Shown one piece after another: positions 9,310 to 19,171 of a DNA stretch of 64,000 nucleotides. How positions within the stretch are numbered: the stretch's first letter is position 1; each line of letters starts with the position of its first letter. The notes under the pieces are model-generated. The model was not told the origin of the DNA, did no database searches, and saw nothing but the letters and a program-made list of their open reading frames with translations. The position numbers and the translations under genes were made by a program. This stretch comes from a virus (lineage: Duplodnaviria; Heunggongvirae; Uroviricota; Caudoviricetes): IMG/VR virus record IMGVR_UViG_3300022555_003200; one strand, 5' to 3'.

Positions 9310-9498
9310 ATGAACGATGGATTTGTAGCAGCGATGCTTTTTATAGGCGGACTCGTTATTGGGGTGGCTATTATGATGATCGTGTGGAGTACCAATGTAG
9401 AAGGAGCCATCAAGACTCGCTTTTCACTAATCAGTGCAAGCTGTATCACATCACAGAGGTCAGTATCATTCGATGAGAGACACCAGATCAAGTTGTAA
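9310..9498 (+). CDS. Small membrane protein.
   Basis: Hydrophobic segment AAMLFIGGLVIGVAIMMIVW. Confidence 0.4.
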   Translation: MNDGFVAAMLFIGGLVIGVAIMMIVWSTNVEGAIKTRFSLISASCITSQRSVSFDERHQIKL

Positions 9499-9766
9499 AA
9501 AACATTGCTGGCATGACACCGTAGAAGTGACCGAGCGTGTGTGTCTCCAGAAAAAAGTTGGGGACTACGGAGTGTGCTCTGGAGGATTTGACGGAAAGAT
9601 AATCAAGTCGGTTAACACAAAAAGACAGATGTGCTGCCAGTGCTCTCTGGACAGGACCCCTCGTGAGCTATAAGCAGATCTCGGCGGCCATTATCGGTGT
9701 TGTGCTGGTGCTCCAGGCGTTTGCGACTAAAGGTGACATTGTTACTTTAGTCCTTGCTGTGGCCAT

Positions 9767-10216
9767 GTGCACGCTCCTAGGAGGCTGCTAATGATAAACC
9801 TATCTCCATTTCCATGGCAGAACATGACTGGTGAGACTCTTCGTTGCTACTTGGCCTCCACTGCCCCAGTTGAAGAGATTCACTTCATTATGCCGGAAGG
9901 GTGGGAAGACAAAGCTAAATGGATAGGTGTGGATACTAGTGCATGGACAAGAGAGCACTGCGCGGTGTGTATAGCTAAAGCAAGAGCCATCTGGGCCGAC
10001 GCTATGCTGGCAGAACTATCAAAAAATCTTACCGGGCAGTCTGGATACGACATACAGAGGCTAAAAATTGTTACACAAGTAGGAACAACAACGTACCCGT
10101 ACAACGGTGGAATACTGAATGAAATGAACGATGCAGTGCTACGAGCAAAAGAGCCTCCGACACTGCACAACCCCGAGCCACCGGATCCTCTAAAAAATAC
10201 CTCGAATCAAGGATAA
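9767..10216 (+). CDS. Hypothetical protein.
   Basis: ORF of 149 aa. Confidence 0.4.
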   Translation: MHAPRRLLMINLSPFPWQNMTGETLRCYLASTAPVEEIHFIMPEGWEDKAKWIGVDTSAWTREHCAVCIAKARAIWADAMLAELSKNLTGQSGYDIQRLKIVTQVGTTTYPYNGGILNEMNDAVLRAKEPPTLHNPEPPDPLKNTSNQG

Positions 10217-10375
10217 CATGCCTAAACGGATGAGAAAACAAAAGCAAAAGACAATATCATATAAAGAGTATGCCAAGAAGCTTGAAGAGATCATTGCGAT
10301 GGGCCGGCCAGTTGCGGATACGCTCATTGACTTGATAGAGGAAGCCAGCAAGTACAAAATAAAGGACAAGACAAA

Positions 10376-10699
10376 ATGAGCCTCGACGTACGTCTAACCA
10401 AAGTCATGCCAACAGACGTTTACTCGGCTAACATTACACATAACCTCGGTAAGATGGCTAGAGAGGCTGGTATTTACGAGTGTATGTGGCGCCCTGAAGA
10501 GATCGGCATAACTAAAGCATCACAGCTTATAGCCCCACTTGAGACTGGCCTTGAGGGTTTAAAGAAGGATCCTGAGTACTTTAAGAGGTTTGACTCAGGT
10601 AACGGCTGGGGGTTGTACGTAAACTTTGTTCCTTTCGTTGAGAAGTACCTTGCTGCTTGCCGGGATAACCCGGATGCAGACGTGTCGGTGTCACGATGA
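10376..10699 (+). CDS. Hypothetical protein.
   Basis: ORF of 107 aa. Confidence 0.4.
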   Translation: MSLDVRLTKVMPTDVYSANITHNLGKMAREAGIYECMWRPEEIGITKASQLIAPLETGLEGLKKDPEYFKRFDSGNGWGLYVNFVPFVEKYLAACRDNPDADVSVSR

Positions 10700-10882
10700 C
10701 CTTCCGCGAGCGTGTATCAGAAGCTCTTAAGATAAAGAATGCCTTTGATAGGGACAAGAAGCTCCGCCTGATAGTAAACAGGTTCATAGCTAAATCCGGG
10801 GTAAACCCTAGGCTCTTTGACGGAACCTTCATTAAGATCTCCAAGAGGAAGCGACACGGAGTCGATCGGAGGCAGTCTTAAA

Positions 10883-11035
10883 TGAAGAAGCTAGGTAAGT
10901 GTAAGAAAAAGTACTGCTCTTGCGGACACCGCGAAGAGGCACATTCATTTTGTGAATGCCCAGAGTGCGGCATGGAGCACTGCGAGTACGGATGCCGCTG
11001 CGAGCTACGTGACAAGGGAAAAGATCGCAAATGAC
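10883..11035 (+). CDS. Cys-rich micro-protein with a KKYCSCGHR motif.
   Basis: MKKLGKCKKKYCSCGHREEAHSFCECPECGMEHCEYGCRCE... It is a paralog-like counterpart of 11680-11805. Confidence 0.35.
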
Positions 11036-11258
11036 GAAAGACTCTGATCATTTTTGTGATTTTGAGCCACTAGCTAAGTGCCAGTACGGTGTTCCTTTCA
11101 ATGGACCTGAGGGGTGGTCTGACTGTGGTGATCCGGCGTGCTACAGGGTTTGGTGGAATGATTACAATAACGACTTCATGTTTGTCTGCAAAGAGCACTT
11201 TGACACTATTTTAAAGTCAGAAGAGGAGATCGAGTGTGGTGAAAAGAAAGAAGCTTGA
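11031..11258 (+). CDS. Cys-rich small protein.
   Basis: ORF of 75 aa with several Cys. Confidence 0.35.
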   Translation: MTKDSDHFCDFEPLAKCQYGVPFNGPEGWSDCGDPACYRVWWNDYNNDFMFVCKEHFDTILKSEEEIECGEKKEA

Positions 11259-11366
11259 GCGCACAAAACTGTGGCATGAGGCTTACGTTAACAAAGCTAA
11301 GCGAATCGTAAAGTTCTGCAACAAATGCGGCGAGTACTGGACTCTCGATGATATATGCTCTAACCC

Positions 11367-11669
11367 GTGGTGTCCGGAGGAGATGGCATGAAGATATTCG
11401 GTCTCAACGTGTTTACGGACGTAGAACTAAGAGACGTTAAACACAAGAGTCACTCCGAAGGATACAGGAGCGGGATCGAGGACGTAAAGGTTCTCCTTGA
11501 AAACAAGGAACGGCACGAGTTCTTCTTCAGTCCCGTAACTATAGTCACTGGAAACAAGCTAAAACTTAAGAACGCAGCGTTTCTTGGGGGTGGTACAACT
11601 AACTTCGGATGCGACGTCACTATTGAGGGAATGACCATACTTAAAAGTGGAGCTATTTGTACAAAATAA
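11367..11669 (+). CDS. Hypothetical protein.
   Basis: ORF of 100 aa. Confidence 0.35.
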   Translation: MVSGGDGMKIFGLNVFTDVELRDVKHKSHSEGYRSGIEDVKVLLENKERHEFFFSPVTIVTGNKLKLKNAAFLGGGTTNFGCDVTIEGMTILKSGAICTK

Positions 11670-11679
11670 TGGAGGTATT

Positions 11680-11805
11680 ATGGCAGAGCCGTTGAAGAGA
11701 ACAAGCAAGAAGTGGTGTTCATGCGGGTACCGCAACCGTAAGGGTGCCAAGGGGTACCACGAAGACGGAAACCACCACAAGGGTTCCGGCGGAAAGAAGG
11801 CATAA
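11680..11805 (+). CDS. Micro-protein with a KKWCSCGYR motif.
   Basis: MAEPLKRTSKKWCSCGYRNRKGAKGYHEDGNHHKGSGGKKA, preceded by a GGAGG ribosome-binding site. Confidence 0.35.
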   Translation: MAEPLKRTSKKWCSCGYRNRKGAKGYHEDGNHHKGSGGKKA

Positions 11806-12005
11806 TGAATTATAAACTAGGAGACAAAGTTAAGAAAGTCGGCGGAGACTACACATTTGAGGGCACGGTAGTGGCTGCTTTTAACAAGATCTCTGGAGTA
11901 GAGCGCTTTGTTGTTGAAGATGACCGTGGAGTTTTGCATGTCTACAGCGCCAAAGTACTTGCACGTTTAGAAGGAGCTAAGAGTGAAGATAACATTCAGA
12001 AGTGA
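11805..12005 (+). CDS. Hypothetical small protein.
   Basis: ORF of 66 aa. Confidence 0.35.
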   Translation: MNYKLGDKVKKVGGDYTFEGTVVAAFNKISGVERFVVEDDRGVLHVYSAKVLARLEGAKSEDNIQK

Positions 12006-12213
12006 GATAAGCGACCGTGGTCGGGCCACAGAGTTCATAATACACATTGATGAGCTTGTTCTTGGAGCGGCCTATGAACTCAGAGAGCTTGTTCCTAAGG
12101 AGTACGACAGTGATATTCAAGGACGCGTCATAGATTACATGTTCTATGAGGCAAAGCGTCGTGTTAAAGAAGTTATTCTAGCTGGTAGAAAGACTGCCGA
12201 GAGCATAAAATGA
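11983..12213 (+). CDS. Hypothetical small protein.
   Basis: ORF of 76 aa. Confidence 0.35.
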   Translation: MKITFRSEISDRGRATEFIIHIDELVLGAAYELRELVPKEYDSDIQGRVIDYMFYEAKRRVKEVILAGRKTAESIK

Positions 12214-12361
12214 ACGCTGATACAAGCAACAGCTGCCTGCCGTCAAAATCCGTATACACTCAGTATGTGACAATCCACTTCGACGTACGCGAGTATGAGC
12301 GTAAAAAGTCGTGCTGGGAGTGGAACCAGAGGTTCAAGTCTAGTCATGAGGACGATCAAAC

Positions 12362-12841
12362 ATGAGTTCAGCTAAGTTTAAAACAATGCGGCATATTGAA
12401 ACTGTACGAAACTACCTAAACACGTGTATTAGGGAGCTTCTAGAACGTCAGGAAACGCATGATCAAACTAAGCTTGAATCTCCGGAGTTTGAGATATTTG
12501 AGCTGTACACTAAGAAACTGCGTAAGTGTACCTATGGGTCAGACACCTATAAACAGTATCTCAAGGAGATGGATCCGGCGCTGCAGCACCATTATGCACA
12601 CGGCAGACATCATCCAGAGCACTTCCCAGGTGGTGTAAGTGACATGACCCTCATTGACGTGCTTGAAATGCTCTGTGACTGGAAGTCGAGCAGTATGCGC
12701 CACAACGACGGCAATATATTGAAGAGTATCGAGATCAACACCACGCGGTTCAACATGGAGCCGCAGCTCGTATCTATATTGAAGAACACTGCGAAGTGGC
12801 TTGATGATCTGCAGGTCCAGCATAAGGCACAGGAATCGTAA
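12362..12841 (+). CDS. Hypothetical protein with a His-rich motif (HHYAHGRHHPEHF).
   Basis: ORF of 159 aa. It may be a metal-binding or HD-like hydrolase, which cannot be confirmed from sequence alone. Confidence 0.35.
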   Translation: MSSAKFKTMRHIETVRNYLNTCIRELLERQETHDQTKLESPEFEIFELYTKKLRKCTYGSDTYKQYLKEMDPALQHHYAHGRHHPEHFPGGVSDMTLIDVLEMLCDWKSSSMRHNDGNILKSIEINTTRFNMEPQLVSILKNTAKWLDDLQVQHKAQES

Positions 12842-13158
12842 TGAAAAAGTACATCTGCTCAACTGAATACTTTCCTAACTGTCGCGTTCATGATGGTGGG
12901 TTCACAGGTAGCATACAATTCTTTGAAACTGCTGACGAGCTAAGGGACTGGGTGCTAAAGTGCATGAACGACTCGTCAATACAGGAAATTTACGACCCGG
13001 AGGGTGGCGAAGCCGGGCTAATAAAATACGAACTTGATGGCAGTCATCATCGGTGTACCGGCGTCAACCTCTACATTGAAAAAGACTTCTGGAAGGTGGC
13101 TGATGACGGTAGTGGAAACAAGCGGTGGGTAAAAGAAGAGCGGGAGGATCCTAAATGA
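12841..13158 (+). CDS. Hypothetical protein.
   Basis: ORF of 105 aa. Confidence 0.35.
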   Translation: MKKYICSTEYFPNCRVHDGGFTGSIQFFETADELRDWVLKCMNDSSIQEIYDPEGGEAGLIKYELDGSHHRCTGVNLYIEKDFWKVADDGSGNKRWVKEEREDPK

Positions 13159-13460
13159 GGTGCTCGTGTGATAGATGGAATACTAACATCAAACACATAG
13201 ACGACGCGTTCGTCATGTTGGCAACACATGGAGTCAGGTATGCGGGCGAACAGTTTGTGTATTGCCCGTGGTGCGGATGCGTTCTAAATACAAATGGAGA
13301 AATAGCGTGACAGTCCTACTTTGGTTCTGGGTTTGGGGTAGACTTAAAACAGAAACATGGCACGGCACACTTATGTGGCTGTTGAGTGGTGTATGGGCCG
13401 TCTACTTTGACGTTCGTATTACACAGTGCTTAGGGGCAATCGCCGGAGTTAGCAGATAGC

Positions 13461-13829
13461 ATGCACAGCCTCATGAAACAAGCACGTGCAGCCAGCAAAA
13501 ACGCGATTGCGCCGCACAGCGGAATACACGTTGGGTGTGCCATTCGCACTGTTTTTAAAAAAGTGTACACCGGATGGAACATCGAAGGCCCATGGATGAC
13601 GTCAATACACGCGGAAGTCGGAGCAATATCAAGGATGACTGGCCCGTTTTTAGACAGAATTGCTGAGATCGCTGTTTACGCAGAAGGAGTTAACTTTACT
13701 CCATGCGGAGCATGCCTAGACTGGATTACTCGCTTTAGCAACAGCAGCACATTGTTGTTCACACACAATGGAAAGAATGCGAGATCATTTGTTGTAAAAG
13801 AATTGTACCCAGAATATCCTAAAAGATAG
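13461..13829 (+). CDS. Cytidine/deoxycytidylate deaminase-family zinc enzyme.
   Basis: HAE and PCGACLDW motifs are spaced as in CDA-fold deaminases. Confidence 0.65.
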   Translation: MHSLMKQARAASKNAIAPHSGIHVGCAIRTVFKKVYTGWNIEGPWMTSIHAEVGAISRMTGPFLDRIAEIAVYAEGVNFTPCGACLDWITRFSNSSTLLFTHNGKNARSFVVKELYPEYPKR

Positions 13830-13832
13830 TTG

Positions 13833-13861
13833 TTGACTTTGAAATCAGTTTCTGCTAGATT
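13833..13861 (+). promoter_or_regulatory. Sigma-70-like promoter with layout TTGACT-17-TAGATT.
   Basis: Sequence lies upstream of 13985. Hexamers and spacing were read directly. Confidence 0.45.
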
Positions 13862-13984
13862 TGCTTTGCTTGGGAGGACAGCTTTTTATGCCTAGAATAT
13901 TAGTCTTGGCCGTTAGTAGGTGTAGAGGCGTCGCTGTCTCTTCCAAGCCACCGAAAGCGGCCATCTTTATTTTAGGGGAGTAAC

Positions 13985-14671
13985 ATGACAAACAAGGAAT
14001 TGATTCTCAGCATCACCGATAGGAACAAGGAGAAACGAATCAACAAGATCCTTGGGCTTATCACAAAAAATTATGAGATCCAGGTAGCAAAATCTACCGA
14101 CGTGTTCCCTACGTCTAATGACCTAATTAACATCGTCATTCCCGCGAAAGTACAAAAGAATAAACTCTCCATCTTTGCCCACCACGATGTCTTTCCTAAC
14201 TCGCTTGGGTACAACGACAACTCGACCGGTGTCGCTACACTCTTAAAGCTCCAAGACTCTGTGCCTGACAACGTTGAACTTGTGTTTACAGACGGAGAGG
14301 AGCGCGGCGGTCAGGGATGCCGGTACTACCTCGAACACTCATGCCGACCTAAGGAAGCCATCAACGTTGACGTTGTTGGCCTCGGTGAAAAGATCTTCTA
14401 TGAACAGTACGGAGCCGTTAGTACGTTTCCAATACCGGAGTCGTTTGAGCTCTTTAAGCACATTCCTTTTAGTGACAGCTATATTCTAAACAACTACAGA
14501 GTGCCTAACATACTGATCCTTACAGGAAAGCGTAAAGAGTCACTCATACACAACATCTTTGAAGCACAGCATTGCGGAAGAAATGACGGCAAGATTGATC
14601 TGATCTCTGAAACCATCATGGACCAGGTCTTTGACAACATTGTACACATGGTGGGAGGACGGTACAAATGA
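13985..14671 (+). CDS. M28-like zinc metallopeptidase.
   Basis: Motifs FAHHD, DNSTG, FTDGEERG, VDVVGLGE and a distal His match the M28 metal-ligand pattern. Confidence 0.45.
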   Translation: MTNKELILSITDRNKEKRINKILGLITKNYEIQVAKSTDVFPTSNDLINIVIPAKVQKNKLSIFAHHDVFPNSLGYNDNSTGVATLLKLQDSVPDNVELVFTDGEERGGQGCRYYLEHSCRPKEAINVDVVGLGEKIFYEQYGAVSTFPIPESFELFKHIPFSDSYILNNYRVPNILILTGKRKESLIHNIFEAQHCGRNDGKIDLISETIMDQVFDNIVHMVGGRYK

Positions 14672-14832
14672 ACACTACAACTAAAATTGCAAAATGGACC
14701 GGATTTGTACTAATATTTTCATGTCTTATGCTGAACATCTGGGCTCAAGACAGTAACCCGCACGCGGTCAGAGGATGGGGCTGCGCTACGGTAGCCTCTT
14801 TTTTACTGGCAATTGGCATATAGGAGTCATAC

Positions 14833-15072
14833 ATGAGAAAGAAGTGGGGCTACTACAAGGTTCTTCTGAAAGGAAAGGGATTCTGGGTCAAGCGGCTTGC
14901 ATTTCAGGACGGCAAATCCACATCAATCCAGACTCACAAGAATCGTGACGAGATCTGGGTAATATTTGTACCGCGTGGAACAAAGCACAGTGTTGGTGGT
15001 CACGGGGACGTGTACGAGCTTGCTTTAGGGGAACCAAAAGAGTCAGATATCAAACGTTTTTTGAAAATCTAG
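14833..15072 (+). CDS. Small hypothetical protein, possibly a cupin-like fragment.
   Basis: ORF of 79 aa. Confidence 0.3.
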   Translation: MRKKWGYYKVLLKGKGFWVKRLAFQDGKSTSIQTHKNRDEIWVIFVPRGTKHSVGGHGDVYELALGEPKESDIKRFLKI

Positions 15073-15310
15073 GCTTGTCACACCATAGAGCGTTGCTGGG
15101 TGGGATCCGGGACAACTTGACCACACCGGCCAATAGGCCGGACTAACAGTAACAACAACTAACTCGGTGGCAATTGATAAACCTGACGACCTCCATGGAG
15201 GTTATCGGGCTGAGGTGCTCGGTGGGGTCACCTGCTGAGACAGTGCGCACCACCTCTGGCTTAGTATTTTCAAACTTTTTTAACAACAACCAACAACAAG
15301 GGGGAACACA

Positions 15311-15445
15311 ATGTCAGAAGAAGCGAAAACACCAGCACCGGGAGCGTTCATTGCTTCCTTGAAGCGCAACAATAGCAAGATCCGTGAAGACCGGGCAATC
15401 GCCATTTCAGAGGACTGCTGTGCAGAAGATGCAACCTTGGAATAG
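15311..15445 (+). CDS. Hypothetical micro-protein.
   Basis: MSEEAKTPAPGAFIASLKRNNSKIREDRAIAISEDCCAEDATLE, preceded by GGGGGA. Confidence 0.25.
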   Translation: MSEEAKTPAPGAFIASLKRNNSKIREDRAIAISEDCCAEDATLE

Positions 15446-15539
15446 GGTATTTAGGAGACTCCGTGTTAGCTCTCCAAGAAGCAATGCGCTACCTTGAAAA
15501 CTACGAGAAATAAAAACATAACCAAATGGGGGAGGGAAC

Positions 15540-16301
15540 ATGATTAAGGGTCTTGGGTTTACACACGAAACATTCAAGTTTCCGGTTGGAGAAATGCACG
15601 TTAAGGTGCACAGTTACACCCCGAACGACGAAGTTGCGATTGAGTTCTACTTCGAGAGGACCGAGGAGCTGGTTGAGCTTATGCTCATTGCCAATGCCCT
15701 AAAGCATGCTGGTCTAACCCTTGAACGAATATTTATGCCGTATGTTCCTTTTGGAAGGCAGGATAGGGTCGCTGTATCAGGGGAGTGCTTCTCCTTGGAG
15801 GTATTCGCCGGCATTATCAACTCGCTGGGGGTTGTCGTGGAGATCGCTGACCCACACTCGGACGTTTCAACAGCCCTTATCCACAACTGCCTTGTAATAC
15901 ATCAGCATGAGATCTTTGAACCGATGCTTAGGGAGATAGAGCCGTTTAAGTTGATCTGCCCGGATGGCGGTGCCAGGAAGAAGATCAACAAGATCAGCGA
16001 CCTTCCTTCTATGACCAACCGGATCTTGGGTGTTGTTGAGTGTTCGAAGAAACGGGAGCCGCGGACAGGAGCCATCACCGGAACGGTTGTCTATGCCGAC
16101 TCATTGGAAGGGGACACCTGTGTAATTGTTGACGATATTTGCGACGGAGGCAAGACTTTCATTGAGATCGCCAAGGTCCTTCGTGAAAAGGGTGCCAAGA
16201 AGGTCATTCTCATGGTGTCACATGGCTTTTTCACCAAAGGAATGGAAGTCTTCGACGGCATTATCGACGAGATATACACACTGAAAGGTAAAGTGAAATG
16301 A
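15540..16301 (+). CDS. Ribose-phosphate pyrophosphokinase (Prs)-like phosphoribosyltransferase. It is a candidate ADPR-pyrophosphate synthetase (Adps) of a NARP1-type NAD+ reconstitution pathway.
   Basis: PRTase PRPP-binding loop VIVDDICDGGKT, with a Prs-like N-terminal half. At 253 aa it is shorter than canonical Prs. Confidence 0.75.
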   Translation: MIKGLGFTHETFKFPVGEMHVKVHSYTPNDEVAIEFYFERTEELVELMLIANALKHAGLTLERIFMPYVPFGRQDRVAVSGECFSLEVFAGIINSLGVVVEIADPHSDVSTALIHNCLVIHQHEIFEPMLREIEPFKLICPDGGARKKINKISDLPSMTNRILGVVECSKKREPRTGAITGTVVYADSLEGDTCVIVDDICDGGKTFIEIAKVLREKGAKKVILMVSHGFFTKGMEVFDGIIDEIYTLKGKVK

Positions 16302-16729
16302 GCGATAAGGAAAAAGACATGAACAGGCAACTTGGGGAGTTTAAGGCCCGTGTTGAAAGTTTGGATATCATCCTAACGCTGAAAGATCAGCTGATAGAAG
16401 AAATCGAGGAAGCTCTGGGCATAACGGGGCACTCGAAGGAAGTAACCGGCGAGAATGCCTTGGATGCGATAGCCGACCTCAAGCGTGAGAACGCAGAGTT
16501 GGAAGAAAGGCTGAAAGAAAATGATTGGCAGTTTGTTCAAGTCAAAAAATGTATTGAGCGCAAGGATAAGGAAATGGAAGAACTCCGCACTCGTAACGCT
16601 GAGTTGGAAAAGATTATGGAGGATGCTTCAAAAGGAGATTATGCGTTTGATTGTGCATTTGAAAAACTGGAGGCTGAAAACAAAGAACTCCAGAACCGCC
16701 TGTCCACTCTTGAGAAGGAGGGGAAATGA
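16298..16729 (+). CDS. Coiled-coil protein.
   Basis: Heptad-rich and E/K/L-rich ORF of 143 aa. Confidence 0.4.
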   Translation: MSDKEKDMNRQLGEFKARVESLDIILTLKDQLIEEIEEALGITGHSKEVTGENALDAIADLKRENAELEERLKENDWQFVQVKKCIERKDKEMEELRTRNAELEKIMEDASKGDYAFDCAFEKLEAENKELQNRLSTLEKEGK

Positions 16730-17151
16730 GCCAAGTCGTTGATCCATATTGCGATGTAAATAGGTGCATCGAACGCCTCCGTAACGAGTTCAAAAAGTAC
16801 GGTAACCTTGTTATCGGGTTCGACTTCGATGAAACGATCTTTGACTACCACCACCAGGGACACTGCTACACCGCTGTTATGGAGCTGCTCCGCCGATGCA
16901 GTAAACTTGGGCTCACAATGTGCTTGTATACTAACGAGTCTAATCCTGACAAGCTTAAGTTTAAGCAGGATTACTGTAGGTACTCGCTTGGGTTTATGCC
17001 AAGCTTCACCAATGAGAGTCCGCTGCTTAAAGACGGCGGAAAGCCATTTTTTAGCACCCTGCTTGACGACCGCGCCGGTCTCGGGCAGGCGTATATCGTA
17101 CTGGAGGCTGTAGTGAACGAAATTGAAAAGGAAAGGATACAAGAAAAATGA
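16726..17151 (+). CDS. Small HAD-superfamily phosphatase-like protein.
   Basis: Motif I FDFDETI (DxDxT), a LYTNES Thr/Ser motif, and a DD motif LLDDRAG. Confidence 0.5.
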   Translation: MSQVVDPYCDVNRCIERLRNEFKKYGNLVIGFDFDETIFDYHHQGHCYTAVMELLRRCSKLGLTMCLYTNESNPDKLKFKQDYCRYSLGFMPSFTNESPLLKDGGKPFFSTLLDDRAGLGQAYIVLEAVVNEIEKERIQEK

Positions 17152-18614
17152 TTTCACCCATTGTACTCAAGGATTTCTACAAAACAGACCATAGAAGGCA
17201 GTACCCGACAGGAACTGAGATCGTGTACTCCAATCTAACGCCTCGCGGGAGCCGTGTGCCTGGGGTCGACCACGTGGTCGTGTTTGGAATCCAGTATTTT
17301 GTCAAAGAGTACTTGATTAAGCGGTGGAATGAGGACTTTTTCAACCAACCAAAAGACGAGGTTGTTCGCAAGTACAAACGGCGCCTTGATAATGCTCTTG
17401 GAAAAGACTCTGTTCCCATTGAGCACGTTGGGGAGCTTCATGATCTTGGATACCTTCCTATTCTGCTCAAAGCTCTTCCAGAAGGAACTCTGTGTCCGAT
17501 GCGTATTCCGATCCTAACGATCCGGAACACCCACCCGAAGTTTTTTTGGCTAACAAACTTCATGGAAACAGTCATGTGTAATATCGTGTGGGGCCCAACC
17601 ACTTCAGCATCTACAGCCTACGCCTACAGAAAGATGCTGGATGGGTACGCGGCAAGGACATCTGACATTCCGGAGTTTGTCAACTGGCAGGGCCATGACT
17701 TCTCGATGCGAGGAATATTTGGGATTGAGGGAGCCCTAATGTCTGCTGCTGGCCATCTGCTTAGCTTTACGGGCACGGACACGGTCCCAGCGATCGACTT
17801 CCTTGAAGAATATTACGGCGCTGACTCTGACAAGGAGATGGTAGGTGGCAGTGTTCCGGCAACGGAGCACTCGGTCATGTGCCTCGGTGGTCTTCTGTCA
17901 GAAGAAGAGACGTTTCGCAGGCTCCTTACTGAGATCTATCCTACTGGCATTGTCTCTGTTGTGTCTGACACATGGGACTACTGGAATGTGATCACGAAGA
18001 CCCTTCCGGCTCTAAAAGATGTAATTATGAACCGGAACGGTCGGCTTGTGGTTCGCCCCGACAGTGGTGATCCTGTGAAGATCATCTGTGGCGACGCTGT
18101 GAGTGATGATCCAGCAGCCAAAGCCGGCACTGTTGAGCTTCTGTGGAACACCTTTGGCGGCTACACAAACGCTAAAGGGTTCAAGCAACTCGACAAGCAC
18201 ATTGGGGTAATCTATGGCGACAGCATCACACTTGAGCGGTGCGAAGCCATTTGTGAAGGTCTTGCACGAAAGGGGTTTGCGTCCACGAACATGGTGTTTG
18301 GCATCGGAAGCTACACTTACCAGTTTGTGACACGTGACACCTTCGGGTTTGCCATGAAAGCTACCTGGGGCATCATCAACGGAAAGCCTGTGACTATCTA
18401 CAAGGACCCGAAAACCGATAGCGGGATCAAGAAGTCCGCCCGCGGGCTCTTGCAGGTTAATCAAGATGCTACAACCGGAGAGCTCACGATGATTGAAGAT
18501 GTCACGCCAGAACAAGAGGATCTTGGGCTGCTTACAACCGTATTTGAAGATGGCAAAATCGTAACCGAGTACACACTTGCAGACATTCGCAAGCGTCTCG
18601 GGTGCATAAAGTAG
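17148..18614 (+). CDS. Nicotinamide phosphoribosyltransferase family (NAMPT/NadV-like). It is a candidate Namat.
   Basis: The 488-aa length and overall profile match the NAMPT family, including GTDTVPAIDF and the GIGSYTYQ region. Confidence 0.8.
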   Translation: MISPIVLKDFYKTDHRRQYPTGTEIVYSNLTPRGSRVPGVDHVVVFGIQYFVKEYLIKRWNEDFFNQPKDEVVRKYKRRLDNALGKDSVPIEHVGELHDLGYLPILLKALPEGTLCPMRIPILTIRNTHPKFFWLTNFMETVMCNIVWGPTTSASTAYAYRKMLDGYAARTSDIPEFVNWQGHDFSMRGIFGIEGALMSAAGHLLSFTGTDTVPAIDFLEEYYGADSDKEMVGGSVPATEHSVMCLGGLLSEEETFRRLLTEIYPTGIVSVVSDTWDYWNVITKTLPALKDVIMNRNGRLVVRPDSGDPVKIICGDAVSDDPAAKAGTVELLWNTFGGYTNAKGFKQLDKHIGVIYGDSITLERCEAICEGLARKGFASTNMVFGIGSYTYQFVTRDTFGFAMKATWGIINGKPVTIYKDPKTDSGIKKSARGLLQVNQDATTGELTMIEDVTPEQEDLGLLTTVFEDGKIVTEYTLADIRKRLGCIK

Positions 18615-19171
18615 GGGGCGTTATGATCGAATACAGCTCTGACGAAGCAGCAAAAAAAGTAACTGTGACCGGATGGATGTCTAAAGACGGTCACTTTTGG
18701 GGAGACAATGAGCACATGGCCCGCTGGTCCGGATGCACTCACTTGAAGTGCGAGTGTGGAGCAACCATGGAAAAGGGGTGGACAAAGTGCGAGTCCTGCA
18801 GAGAGAAATCAAAGCAAGAGAAGTTTGAGAAGTTTAAGGTCATTCAGTGGGACTACAAGACGCCAATCTCCATCTATGACACGGACACCTACTTCTTTGA
18901 CGAGCAGGACCTGCTTGATTACTGCGACGATGAAGGGTTGGAGCCAGAGGAACTGCAGCTAGTGCTCTGCAAACAGAACCGACGCCGTGTCCTTAACGTG
19001 TATGAGTTCCTTGAAGACGATGTTCACGAAGACTGGGACCCATCTGCTGATCTCGAAGCTGCCGTTATCGCCTTCAATGAAGCCGTGGCCAAGGACCCTT
19101 ACCAGACATGGTTTGCCACGGACACTCGCGTTACGTTAGCACCAAAAGAGAAAGAAGCGGAGAATACATAG
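18602..19171 (+). CDS. Hypothetical protein with a zinc-ribbon (CECGATMEKGWTKCESC).
   Basis: ORF of 189 aa. Confidence 0.4.
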   Translation: MHKVGGVMIEYSSDEAAKKVTVTGWMSKDGHFWGDNEHMARWSGCTHLKCECGATMEKGWTKCESCREKSKQEKFEKFKVIQWDYKTPISIYDTDTYFFDEQDLLDYCDDEGLEPEELQLVLCKQNRRRVLNVYEFLEDDVHEDWDPSADLEAAVIAFNEAVAKDPYQTWFATDTRVTLAPKEKEAENT

